DNA of 64,000 nt from Candidatus Poribacteria bacterium. GTDB lineage: Bacteria; Poribacteria; WGA-4E; WGA-3G. Every line of letters begins with the position of its first letter. The stretch's first letter is position 1. A program made the position numbers and the translations under genes. The notes under the pieces were generated by a model that saw only the letters and a program-made list of their open reading frames with translations, was not told the origin of the DNA and searched no databases. Below, in pieces: positions 54,707-63,812 of this stretch. Where the stretch lies: the NCBI GenBank assembly GCA_965232545.1, contig OZ246979.1, positions 2,703,521 to 2,767,520 on the forward strand, given 5' to 3'.

Positions 54707-55354
54707 ATGTCGAAAATTCTCGTGTTATCAGGTGAAAACCACGGTTTCAATGCAAGTGCCAGCATCATTCACGACTTTCTTTCCGAAGATGCTAATATTT
54801 CAGCGACGTTAACTGACGATAAAGGGGTTTTAGCATCATCGGAGTTGAATACCTACGATGCGTGTGTCTTTGGCACCGGCTTCACGCGTACAGAACGTCA
54901 AGCGGACGGCTCTACCGCTCGTGTCTCCGATTTAGCACCCGCTGAAGAAGACGGCTTGTTCCAATTTGTCAGTAGCGGTAAAGGGTTGGTCGGTATTCAC
55001 GGGACCGCGTGGTGGATCAGTGGTCAAGCAATGGATCTCATCGGTGGTGCTTCCAATTGGCATCCGCCCGGCTCAACGTTTACTGTCCATATTGAGGATA
55101 GCGAACATCCCACGACCCAAGGTATTGAAGATTTTGATGTGGAAGATGAAATCTATATCTCCGCCCACGATCCGCACATCCACGTGTTGGCATCTGCTGA
55201 GTGGTTCGGTAAGGCACACCCGATGGCATGGGTGAGGTCTTACGGTTCGGGACGCGTCTTTTATACCACTTTAGGACACGGACCGGGGACCTTTGAGCGC
55301 TCTGGAATGCAGAAATTCCTCACCCAAGGCGTGAAATGGGCAGCAGCATCATAG
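54707..55354 (+). CDS. ThuA-like (class-I glutamine amidotransferase-like fold) protein. The start is refined to the ATG; the ORF track begins at a TTG at 54599.
   Basis: MSKILVLSGENHGF...GLVGIHGTAWW...VFYTTLGHG is the ThuA family pattern. Confidence 0.7.
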   Translation: MSKILVLSGENHGFNASASIIHDFLSEDANISATLTDDKGVLASSELNTYDACVFGTGFTRTERQADGSTARVSDLAPAEEDGLFQFVSSGKGLVGIHGTAWWISGQAMDLIGGASNWHPPGSTFTVHIEDSEHPTTQGIEDFDVEDEIYISAHDPHIHVLASAEWFGKAHPMAWVRSYGSGRVFYTTLGHGPGTFERSGMQKFLTQGVKWAAAS

Positions 55355-55447
55355 TCTTGTGTAACAAGTTTTAGTAACCCGCAAGTTACACCAAAAATTC
55401 TGTAAGGCGAGGCGTCCATGCCTCGCCGCTTTATCCTCTAAAACCAA

Positions 55448-56527
55448 ATGTCCACACTAAAAATCGCAAACATAGAGACTGAAGTCGTTCAGGTAAACCA
55501 CCGTGGCAATTGGGTCTTCATTAAAGTCCATACCGACGATGGCACAGTTGGTGTTGGCGAGGCTTCCCACGGTAAAAATGACGCGAGCGTCCAACATACC
55601 ATTAACACACTCAAACCTACGCTCGTAGGCTGGAATCCATTTCAGCTCGAAGCATTTCGTCAGCGTTTCTATCACGACTCTGAAAGCCACACTTACCATA
55701 CCGCTCTCAGCGGAATTGAGCAGGCGATGTATGATCTGATAGGCAAAGCTCTGGATGTGCCGAGTTATCAATTATTGGGTGGCAAGTGTCGAGAAAAAAT
55801 ACGGCTTTACGCCAACATCAACCGTGCGACCCTCGATCGCAGTCCTTCCGGTTTCGCCACCAACGCCGAGCGCGCCGTTGCGGAGGGGTTTACTGCCATA
55901 AAATGCGCACCCTTTGACGATGTTTCCGTCGCGAATGTTTCACGCGGGACACTCACCCCTGCTATCTGCACCGGAATAGACCGCATCCGCGCAATTCGAG
56001 CCACGATTGGTGCGGATATCGATCTAATGGTGGACTGTCATAGCCGTTTTAATCCCGGTATTCTCATCCAAGTCGCAAAGGAACTGGAGGACTTGCATCT
56101 CTTCTGGATTGAGGATGCAGTGTCATTGGATAATCTCGATGCCTTCGCTTATATGAGCCACTCTATTGGTATCCCGATTGCAACCGGCGAACGCTTACGA
56201 ACTCTCATGGATTTTGATAGGTTGTTAACCCAAGCACACGTTGATTATATTTTGCCGGATGTCAAACACGTTGGTGGAATTTCAGGTTTGAAAAAAATCG
56301 CGACGCTTGCAGCTGCGCGAAATATCATGGTAACACCTCACAATCCGAGCGGTCCCGTCGCGACTGCTGCGAGTGTGCAATGTATGGCGAGCGTCCCGAA
56401 TTTCGCAATCCTCGAATACGCGTGGGGAGAAGTAGACTGGCGTGCTTCTCTCATTGATCCACCCGAAGAAATCGTTGATGGATTTATTGAAGTGCCTTCC
56501 CGAACCGGACTCGGCATTACACTTTAA
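55448..56527 (+). CDS. Enolase-superfamily enzyme (mandelate racemase/muconate lactonizing enzyme family, likely a sugar-acid dehydratase).
   Basis: The N-terminal capping domain (VFIKVHTDDGTVGVGEAS) and barrel-domain metal-ligand positions are conserved. 359 aa. Confidence 0.8.
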   Translation: MSTLKIANIETEVVQVNHRGNWVFIKVHTDDGTVGVGEASHGKNDASVQHTINTLKPTLVGWNPFQLEAFRQRFYHDSESHTYHTALSGIEQAMYDLIGKALDVPSYQLLGGKCREKIRLYANINRATLDRSPSGFATNAERAVAEGFTAIKCAPFDDVSVANVSRGTLTPAICTGIDRIRAIRATIGADIDLMVDCHSRFNPGILIQVAKELEDLHLFWIEDAVSLDNLDAFAYMSHSIGIPIATGERLRTLMDFDRLLTQAHVDYILPDVKHVGGISGLKKIATLAAARNIMVTPHNPSGPVATAASVQCMASVPNFAILEYAWGEVDWRASLIDPPEEIVDGFIEVPSRTGLGITL

Positions 56528-56546
56528 AATATATGAGGAGTTTTAA

Positions 56547-57323
56547 ATGATACCTCGCAATCTCGACAGACAAATCACAAAATCTATTTCTCTTTGTCTC
56601 TTGCTACTTGTCTTTACCCTTGCTGGGTGTCTCGGAAATATGCAGTCGATGCAAACAGCAACCGACGCGCCTGCTTCCACCACAGCAGAGACGGAAGAAT
56701 CATCACGTCCGCTTGTGGAACTCCAACTCTCAACACCTAAAACAAATTATACTGCCAAGGAAGAGATCCCGCTTGAACTCAATATTCAGAACGGCAAATT
56801 TGACCTTCTCGTGCCTTCTTTTAGTGTTGCGACAAAGGGTGCCTTTACGCAGATAACGGTGAAGGACACGAACCAACAGATTGTGGAACCGAAGCGAGCG
56901 ATTACACAAGAGAACCCACAGAAATATGTAAAGCAAGACGGAAAATCCGTCCGATGTATTCACGGATTTGACTTCAAAGCAGACGCGAATCAGGAACTGA
57001 CACTGAAAGATATTCAGCGATACTATCAGTTACAACCCGGAACTTACACCATAACACTCGCAATTGATTTGGAAGTTTACCGGGAATCCATAATCGAGGA
57101 TCACCCGGAAGTGGTTGAGTTGCAACGGGATCTGGCACGGCTTCAGAATGACCCGAATCTTCAAGCCGCTGCAAAGCAGGACGCTCTCAACTATTACCAA
57201 GAACAGATTAAATTTATTAAAGAGAGAAACAAGGATGAAGTGAAGGATATTTACCTACCCGTTAAATCGCGGCGCGGAAAGGCACCCCTTGTCTCCAACG
57301 ACATCACAATAATGATAGAGTAG
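56547..57323 (+). CDS. Hypothetical lipoprotein.
   Basis: Signal peptide with a lipobox (LAGC) followed by a Thr/Ala-rich linker. No recognised domain. Confidence 0.5.
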   Translation: MIPRNLDRQITKSISLCLLLLVFTLAGCLGNMQSMQTATDAPASTTAETEESSRPLVELQLSTPKTNYTAKEEIPLELNIQNGKFDLLVPSFSVATKGAFTQITVKDTNQQIVEPKRAITQENPQKYVKQDGKSVRCIHGFDFKADANQELTLKDIQRYYQLQPGTYTITLAIDLEVYRESIIEDHPEVVELQRDLARLQNDPNLQAAAKQDALNYYQEQIKFIKERNKDEVKDIYLPVKSRRGKAPLVSNDITIMIE

Positions 57324-57692
57324 AGGATTTACGGAGATATTATGAGTTGCAGAAAGGCAATTACACAATCGTACTCGCCTCAGATGGAGACTTTGTCCAA
57401 AAAATGGACGGCGTTATAGATAGTAAGCCAATGTGTGGGTTTGATCCGTCAGTTTTGCCTGTCTCGCCGCAGCTGCAATTGCTAACAACCACATGGGGTG
57501 AAATCAAAAGCCAAGACTGAATCCAGACGTTGGAGAGGTGTTCTCGTGAAAAGTAGGTATGAACTTGATGTCCTCGCGTCCGTTAAAAATTTTACTTGCA
57601 AATTAGTGAAAAATGATATATAATTTTAATCAACGAAATCGTAATAGGCACGAAAGTTTTCGCTATATCGCAGTTCCCAAGGATAATCCAGA

Positions 57693-58103
57693 ATGCTTTT
57701 TAACTTCGCAAATGTGCTAATTTTCTTGATTGTTGGCTGTGTATTTGTCGTCCTAAACCTTACTGTCTCTCGCCTCCTGCATACCAAGCTGTTCTCAGGC
57801 GAAAAGTATATCCCTTATGAATGCGGTGAAGATCCGATCGGTGATACGCGGATCAAGTTTAACACCCGCTTCTACGTTATCGCGCTCATTTTCCTAATCT
57901 TTGATGTGGAAACCGTGTTCCTTTTCCCGTGGGCAGTTGTTTTCCGGGATTTCGGGCTTTTCGCATTTCTGGAGATGCTCGTTTTCATCGCTATTCTGTT
58001 AGTCGGGCTGGCATACGTCTGGGCAAAGGGAGATCTGGAGTGGATCCGATCCACGCAGTTGGAAGTCCAATCCGTCCGGAGGGAAGAAAGTTATGATAAT
58101 TGA
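57693..58103 (+). CDS. nuoA: NADH-quinone oxidoreductase subunit A.
   Basis: Three-TM protein with the conserved YECGEDP...FLIFDVE motifs. It is the first gene of the nuo operon. Confidence 0.9.
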   Translation: MLFNFANVLIFLIVGCVFVVLNLTVSRLLHTKLFSGEKYIPYECGEDPIGDTRIKFNTRFYVIALIFLIFDVETVFLFPWAVVFRDFGLFAFLEMLVFIAILLVGLAYVWAKGDLEWIRSTQLEVQSVRREESYDN

Positions 58104-58677
58104 TGAGAAACTGGACAAAAACATTATTGTTACTTCAGTTGATGCCGTCGCCAACTGGGCACGTTCCTCCGCCCTCTGGCCCATGACGTTCGGACTCGCC
58201 TGTTGTGCTATTGAATTTATGGCGACTGCCGCCTCCAACTACGACCTCGACCGCTTCGGGGCAGGTGTGCCGCGCGCGACACCGCGTCAATCCGATCTCA
58301 TGGTGATCTCCGGCACCGTAACACTCAAAATGGCAACGCGAATCAAGCGGCTTTATGAACAGATGCCGGAACCGAAATACGTCATTTCAATGGGAAGTTG
58401 CGCTACCAGTGGCGGACCCTATTGGCAACACGGGTACCACGTCCTCAAAGGTGTCGATCGGATTATCCCTGTTGATGTTTATGTACCTGGGTGTCCACCA
58501 CGTCCAGAAGCACTTATTGAAGGGTTGCTCAAGTTACAAGAGAAGATTAAAACCCAGACTGTTGCGAAACGCGATCATGTACCGTTCCTAAAGAGACTCT
58601 TCACCAAAACTGAGTGGTACGAAATTGAAGGCACTGAAACCGCCGAAGAAGGCGATGAGGCTGAAACTACCGCCTAA
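58093..58677 (+). CDS. nuoB: NADH-quinone oxidoreductase subunit B (N2 Fe-S cluster subunit).
   Basis: Cys ligands CCAIEFM...SCATSGGPY...PGCPP. It overlaps nuoA by 11 nt. Confidence 0.9.
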   Translation: MIIDEKLDKNIIVTSVDAVANWARSSALWPMTFGLACCAIEFMATAASNYDLDRFGAGVPRATPRQSDLMVISGTVTLKMATRIKRLYEQMPEPKYVISMGSCATSGGPYWQHGYHVLKGVDRIIPVDVYVPGCPPRPEALIEGLLKLQEKIKTQTVAKRDHVPFLKRLFTKTEWYEIEGTETAEEGDEAETTA

Positions 58678-58737
58678 AATACCAGTTCGTTCAACGGTAA
58701 GCGTGATTCGTAATCGCGATCATGGAGCAGGAAGTAC

Positions 58738-59223
58738 GTGAAAATAGAAGAAATCTATGAAGTTCTAACCAAACAGTTCGGTGAAGCCATCCTCGGTTTT
58801 GATGCCGAACTCGCTGGTGACCCAAACATACACATTGCCCCCTCAGCCATCGCCGATGTGTGCCAATATCTCGCCGAAACCGACACATTGGCATTTGATT
58901 CCCTGATGTGTCTCAGTGGTGTTGATTTGAGTGCCAAGGATGAAGATTTTGCTATCGTTTATCATATCTATGCCATGCAACACCGGCATAGCGTAGTTCT
59001 GAAAACGGCAGTCTCGAAAACCGATCCGCGCCTTTCAAGCGTTTCGCATATATGGAAAACCGCAGATTGGCACGAACGTGAAGCTTATGACCTCTACGGA
59101 ATCCTCTTTGAGGGACACAGCGATCTCCGCCGCATCCTGCTCCCCGATGATTGGGAGGGATATCCCCTACGTAAGGATTACACGGAACCTGAATTCTATC
59201 GCGGTATGCGTGTGCCTTATTAG
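58738..59223 (+). CDS. nuoC: NADH-quinone oxidoreductase subunit C (30-kDa subunit).
   Basis: Conserved WHEREAYDLYGILFEGHSDLRRIL segment. Confidence 0.85.
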   Translation: MKIEEIYEVLTKQFGEAILGFDAELAGDPNIHIAPSAIADVCQYLAETDTLAFDSLMCLSGVDLSAKDEDFAIVYHIYAMQHRHSVVLKTAVSKTDPRLSSVSHIWKTADWHEREAYDLYGILFEGHSDLRRILLPDDWEGYPLRKDYTEPEFYRGMRVPY

Positions 59224-59462
59224 GTATAGAGAGATTGAGTTTTCGTTTTGTGTCACGCTACACAGAAAATGTTACACTTTTAATCTTTTTTCGCTTTTTT
59301 CGCGGCGAAGCACAGAACCCAAAACGTTTCCAAACTCAGGCAGGACGTAGGTTTATGGGACGTGAATGCTAAGCATGAAATGTTACAGTAGTGTAACATT
59401 TTCCTATGGGAATGGGTAGGCAAATTACAACATAAACCTTCCCTGAAAAAACAGGGTAAGAT

Positions 59463-59491
59463 TTGACATTGAATGGCAAAAGTGGTATCAT
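59463..59491 (+). promoter_or_regulatory. Near-consensus internal promoter (TTGACA-17-TATCAT) upstream of nuoD.
   Basis: ttgacattgaatggcaaaagtggtatcat. A perfect palindrome AAATGTTACAgtagTGTAACATTT lies about 70 bp upstream. Confidence 0.4.
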
Positions 59492-59533
59492 ATATACGGG
59501 TAAAGTCCACAGATGTGGAGACGAATCAGAAAT

Positions 59534-59654
59534 CAAATCCGTAGTTCGTAACGAAGTGGAGGACGGTTTTCGAGAAAGGCGCGTCGAAGTTTTAGGGGAA
59601 ACACCCAAGCAAAAACACCCATGCCGTTTAACCGCAAGGTAAAATTAAAGAATG
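59534..59654 (+). repeat. Conserved 5'-leader module before nuoD: an upstream box AAATCCGTAGyyCGTAAcGaaGtGGAGG, a variable or invertible middle, and AACCGCAAGGTAAAATTAAAgaATG.
   Basis: The same bipartite module precedes nuoI (62231-62353) and nuoJ (63097-63196). The 3' box alone precedes the gene at 3790 (3768-3792). An antisense copy of the 3' box is at 29581-29600. Confidence 0.6.
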
Positions 59655-60857
59655 GAAACGACACCTCAGACTGAAAGCAAAATTATAGAACTAAAACCGT
59701 TCGCCGATGAAATGGTTGTCAATATGGGACCTCAGCATCCAAGCACACATGGTGTGTTACGCTTGGAATTGAAATTGGATGGTGAGGTAGTTCGGGAAGC
59801 AATTCCGCACATCGGCTATCTGCATCGCTGTTTTGAGAAGCACTCCGAGAATCTCTCCTACCCCCAAATTATTCCCTTTACCGACCGAATGGATTACGTA
59901 GCGGCAATGAACCAGAATTGGGGATTCTGTCTTGCTGTTGAGAAATTGATGGAAGCGGATGAAAGCCGGGAATTCGAGGTACCAGAACGAGCGGAATACT
60001 TACGGGTACTTATTTGTGAATTGAATCGTATTGCGAGCCATCTCCTCTCTTTTGGAACCTACGGGATGGACCTCGGCGCGTTTACCCCGTTTCTCTATGC
60101 TTTCCGGGATCGGGAACGCTTACTCCTACTCTTCGAGAAAGTGTGTGGCGCACGGCTCACCTATAACTATATCCGCATCGGTGGGGTCTCCGAAATTATT
60201 TCTATGGAGCCGGGTTCGATTACCGAACAGAATTTTTTGGATGAGATCGAAGAATTCTTAGACTACTTTGAACCGAAGATTGACGAGTATAACGAACTTT
60301 TGACAAAAAACAGCATCTTCACCGAACGTACAACAGAGGTCGCTGTCATGTCAGCAGAGATGGCACTCAGCTACGGCGCGACGGGTCCTAACCTTCGCGG
60401 TTCGGGTGTTGATTGGGATTTACGACGAGACGAACCCTACTCTATTTATGACCGGTTCGACTTTGATGTGCCTGTCGCCGTGGACGTCCCAGAATTAGGA
60501 TCGGTCGTTGGGGATTGCTGGAGTCGATACAAAATACGCATGGATGAAATGAAAGAGTCTGTCCGGATTGTGCGACAGATTTTAGCGGAAGGACTCCCCG
60601 GTGGTCCAGTAATGGCGGATTTGAAAGCTGTCCGTCCACCGAAAGGCGAAATCTATTTCCGCAGTGAAGCTCCGCGCGGTGAACTCGGATTCTACATTGT
60701 CAGCGATGGCACACCGAAGCCGGTCCGTCTCAAGGGACGTTCCCCCTGTTTCAGTGCTTTGAGCGCACTCCAAGAACTCAGTCGCGGTTTGATGGTCGCA
60801 GATATTATCGCGATTATCGGCAGCATTGATATTGTGATGGGAGAAGTGGACCGGTAG
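59652..60857 (+). CDS. nuoD: NADH-quinone oxidoreductase subunit D (49-kDa subunit).
   Basis: MNMGPQHPSTHGVLRLELKLDGE... and the C-terminal RSPCFSAL motif. It is a separate gene from nuoC. Confidence 0.9.
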   Translation: METTPQTESKIIELKPFADEMVVNMGPQHPSTHGVLRLELKLDGEVVREAIPHIGYLHRCFEKHSENLSYPQIIPFTDRMDYVAAMNQNWGFCLAVEKLMEADESREFEVPERAEYLRVLICELNRIASHLLSFGTYGMDLGAFTPFLYAFRDRERLLLLFEKVCGARLTYNYIRIGGVSEIISMEPGSITEQNFLDEIEEFLDYFEPKIDEYNELLTKNSIFTERTTEVAVMSAEMALSYGATGPNLRGSGVDWDLRRDEPYSIYDRFDFDVPVAVDVPELGSVVGDCWSRYKIRMDEMKESVRIVRQILAEGLPGGPVMADLKAVRPPKGEIYFRSEAPRGELGFYIVSDGTPKPVRLKGRSPCFSALSALQELSRGLMVADIIAIIGSIDIVMGEVDR

Positions 60858-60925
60858 ACATACCTGATAGGATTTGATGCTAATTTTTGTAGATGGAAGA
60901 TTTCCGAATCAGACGAGGAGGTTCG

Positions 60926-62191
60926 ATGTCGGATTTTAGGGCACTGTTTGCAAGCCCAAATTTCAACATATCTGAAAGTTTCTTACCCAATATAAACTTA
61001 CAGAATCAACTCAATTGGGCGGAGGAATTTATACAGAACGTTGTAATCCCGCGGTTGCCGGAAGCGGTTGCTTCGCATTTTCCTGTGGAGATAGGCACAG
61101 TTCTCGTCATGTTTGCATGTGCCGGCATCTTTGTTGGAGTCGTCCCATTACTTCCGTTGGTATTGGTGCTTGCAGAGCGAAAAGTCTCCGCACGTTTTCA
61201 GAACCGAACGGGTCCTATGCGCGTCGGACCGTGGGGCACACTGCAAACGTTAGCCGACGGTGTAAAACTCATCTTCAAAGAGGATTTTATTCCACCACAA
61301 GGCGATAAACTCCTTTTCCTTCTTGCCCCTTATATCATTTTTGCCTGCTCTTTCGCCGTCTTCGCTGCTATTCCGTTCAGTCAAGGTATATTGGTGAGCG
61401 ACTTTAATATTGGTATCTTCTATATCATGGCGATCTCCTCTGTGATTGTCATGGGGGTAATCATGGCGGGTTGGTCCTCAAACAGCAAATGGTCACTGTT
61501 GGGGTCGCTCCGCTCCGCCGCTCAGATTGTCAGTTATGAAATTCCGCTCGGTCTCTCTATTCTCACTGTTGTTATGCTCGTCGAAAGTTTGAGCATGCAG
61601 GAAATTGTCGCAAGCCAATCTAATGGCGTTTTCAGTTGGCTCATTTTCCGAACACCGTTTGCCTTTATCGCATTCTTTATCTTCTTTATCTCTTCCATTG
61701 CTGAGGTAAACCGGACACCGTTTGATTTGCCCGAAGCCGAATCTGAAATCGTGGCGGGTTTCCATACCGAGTATAGCGGTATGCGCTTCGCACTTTTCTT
61801 CATTGCGGAATATGCTAATATGTTCGCCGTGAGCGCAATTGCTGTGACGCTTTTTCTCGGCGGTTGGGAAGGGGTCTTACCGGGTTACGATATTCTCGGT
61901 GGGTTCCCCGGTTTCGTTATTAAATCCTTGGCACTCGTCTTCTTGATGATGTGGTTGAGATGGACACTGCCGCGCCTACGGGTAGATCAGTTGATGAATC
62001 TCTGTTGGAAATACTTCATCCCGATCGCCTTCTTTAACATCTTAGGCACTGGTATCTGGGGACTCATTTTCCCAGAGGACACCGTGATTAGCACCGCCAT
62101 TAGCTGCGCAATTATCTATATTGGACTTATCGCCGCATACAAAGTCGCTGGACGCGGTCTCGCACAGAGACCCGCACCCCAACCGAGTTAA
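60926..62191 (+). CDS. nuoH: NADH-quinone oxidoreductase subunit H. It follows nuoD directly, with no nuoEFG. It could alternatively start at 60893.
   Basis: LAERKVSARFQNRTGPMRVGPWGTLQTLADGVKL and a polytopic topology. Confidence 0.9.
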   Translation: MSDFRALFASPNFNISESFLPNINLQNQLNWAEEFIQNVVIPRLPEAVASHFPVEIGTVLVMFACAGIFVGVVPLLPLVLVLAERKVSARFQNRTGPMRVGPWGTLQTLADGVKLIFKEDFIPPQGDKLLFLLAPYIIFACSFAVFAAIPFSQGILVSDFNIGIFYIMAISSVIVMGVIMAGWSSNSKWSLLGSLRSAAQIVSYEIPLGLSILTVVMLVESLSMQEIVASQSNGVFSWLIFRTPFAFIAFFIFFISSIAEVNRTPFDLPEAESEIVAGFHTEYSGMRFALFFIAEYANMFAVSAIAVTLFLGGWEGVLPGYDILGGFPGFVIKSLALVFLMMWLRWTLPRLRVDQLMNLCWKYFIPIAFFNILGTGIWGLIFPEDTVISTAISCAIIYIGLIAAYKVAGRGLAQRPAPQPS

Positions 62192-62350
62192 AGCTTTTCG
62201 TCTAACAAAGGGTTTCTCTTAGGCGAGTCTCAAAATCCGTAGTCCGTAAGCGTAGCGGAGGGGTTTTTGCTTGGGTGTTTCCCCTAGATCTACCGGAAGG
62301 CTCATGAGATACGAAACCGAGCTGACCGAACCGCAAGGTAAATTAAAAAA

Positions 62351-63070
62351 ATGGACAAATACATACGAAACATTTACAGAGGCGTTTACACCGTTCTCGT
62401 CGGGATGCGGGTGACAATCAGGCAGTTCTTTGAACCGAATGTCACGCATCAATATCCGTATGAACACGATTTTGAAAAGAAACGGAACGTTCGAGAGATT
62501 CCGAAAGGGTATCGCGGGCAGCTTTATAACCGCACTGAAGATTGTATCGGATGCAAAAAATGCGAGATGATCTGCCCGGTCGATTGTATCACTATTGATG
62601 CCACTAAACTCCCAAAAGGTGAACAACTCTGGGATAGCATGAACGTCGTTCATCTCAAAGACGGACGGGAAATCATCGGTCTCATTGAAGGCAACGATAA
62701 AAAGATAAAGTCGGAAGATTCGATAACCCTCACGAATATCACCTCTCGCCAAGGCCCGCAGGAGGTCATAGACCGCCTTGAGCCATCAGGTGTTGAGAAT
62801 CGAACCCGAACCTTTTCCAGCGACGAGGTATCACGTGTTGTTACCCGAAATCCGGTCGTTTTCTACCTCGATCAGTTCGATATTGATATGTCCCTCTGTA
62901 TGTATTGTGGGCTTTGTACCGAGGTGTGTCCAACAGAATGCCTGACGATGAAGGATACACTCGCAGGTATTGAGTACTCCAAATTTGACCGGTCAGATCT
63001 AATCTTTAAGTTTGACAAGCAGGAGATGTACGACAAAGGGAGTACCGAGGAAGTGGATGCCGCGGATTAG
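62351..63070 (+). CDS. nuoI: NADH-quinone oxidoreductase subunit I (2x[4Fe-4S] ferredoxin) with a 70-80 aa insertion between the two cluster motifs.
   Basis: CIGCKKCEMICPVDCI and CMYCGLCTEVCPTECL are separated by about 110 aa, versus about 30 in canonical NuoI. Confidence 0.85.
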   Translation: MDKYIRNIYRGVYTVLVGMRVTIRQFFEPNVTHQYPYEHDFEKKRNVREIPKGYRGQLYNRTEDCIGCKKCEMICPVDCITIDATKLPKGEQLWDSMNVVHLKDGREIIGLIEGNDKKIKSEDSITLTNITSRQGPQEVIDRLEPSGVENRTRTFSSDEVSRVVTRNPVVFYLDQFDIDMSLCMYCGLCTEVCPTECLTMKDTLAGIEYSKFDRSDLIFKFDKQEMYDKGSTEEVDAAD

Positions 63071-63193
63071 TAGGTAAATTGGGAAAGTATGAGCATCAAA
63101 TCCGTAGCCCGTAAGCGTAGCGGAGGGCGGATATACGTTGCGTAGCGTGATGTATCTAATCTCCCTGACCGAACCGCAAGGTAAAATTAAAAT

Positions 63194-63712
63194 ATGGAAT
63201 TTACGCTCAAAACCTTTATTTTTTACGGCTTTGCCCTGATGACAATTTCATCCGCGCTTGTCGTTGTCACAGTACGAAACATTGTCCATGCGGCGTTTTC
63301 GCTTATGGTGACACTTTTCGGTGTTGCAGGGCTTTATGTCTTTTTACAGGCTGATTTTCTTGCCGCAACACAAGTGATTGTCTACGTCGGCGGCATACTT
63401 GTTCTCATTTTATTCGGTGTCATGATGACAAGCGGACGCTTGGAGATGCGGATTCATATTGAACGCGGGCAACTTCTGCTCGGTGGCGTGGTCTCGCTGG
63501 CACTGCTCATGCTGCTCTTGACTGTTATTGCGAATACACCGGCATGGAAGAATCTCACTGATGATGGCACCGAACTTCCACCGACAACAGAACGCATTGG
63601 CGAGTTGATTCTGGACGGACCATTTCTCTTGCCATTTGAAGTCGTCTCTGTACTACTGTTAGTCGCATTAATCGGAGCCGCCCTAATTTCCCGAAAGGAG
63701 GTTAGGGACTAA
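63194..63712 (+). CDS. nuoJ: NADH-quinone oxidoreductase subunit J.
   Basis: Five-TM protein with a NuoJ-like pattern. Lies between nuoI and nuoK. Confidence 0.85.
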   Translation: MEFTLKTFIFYGFALMTISSALVVVTVRNIVHAAFSLMVTLFGVAGLYVFLQADFLAATQVIVYVGGILVLILFGVMMTSGRLEMRIHIERGQLLLGGVVSLALLMLLLTVIANTPAWKNLTDDGTELPPTTERIGELILDGPFLLPFEVVSVLLLVALIGAALISRKEVRD

Positions 63713-63812
63713 GATAGCCATCAGCCATCAGCCATCAGTCACAAGAGTCTTTTGTTAAACGAAATCTTCTTTACTGAAAGCCGATAGCCGATAGCCGATA
63801 GCCACTAAAAAA

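Noticed and set aside
60893-60925. N-terminal extension of nuoH (MEDFRIRRGGS).
   Set aside because: The conserved NuoH sequence starts at the second Met (MSDFRALF...). The upstream extension is probably not translated. It is kept only as an alternative start in the feature note.
62790-62830. A tRNA-like T-arm motif (GGTTCGGGTTCGATTCTC on the minus strand) inside nuoI.
   Set aside because: The flanking sequence does not fold into acceptor, D or anticodon arms. The putative T-stem does not pair. It lies inside a conserved protein-coding frame. This is a chance resemblance.
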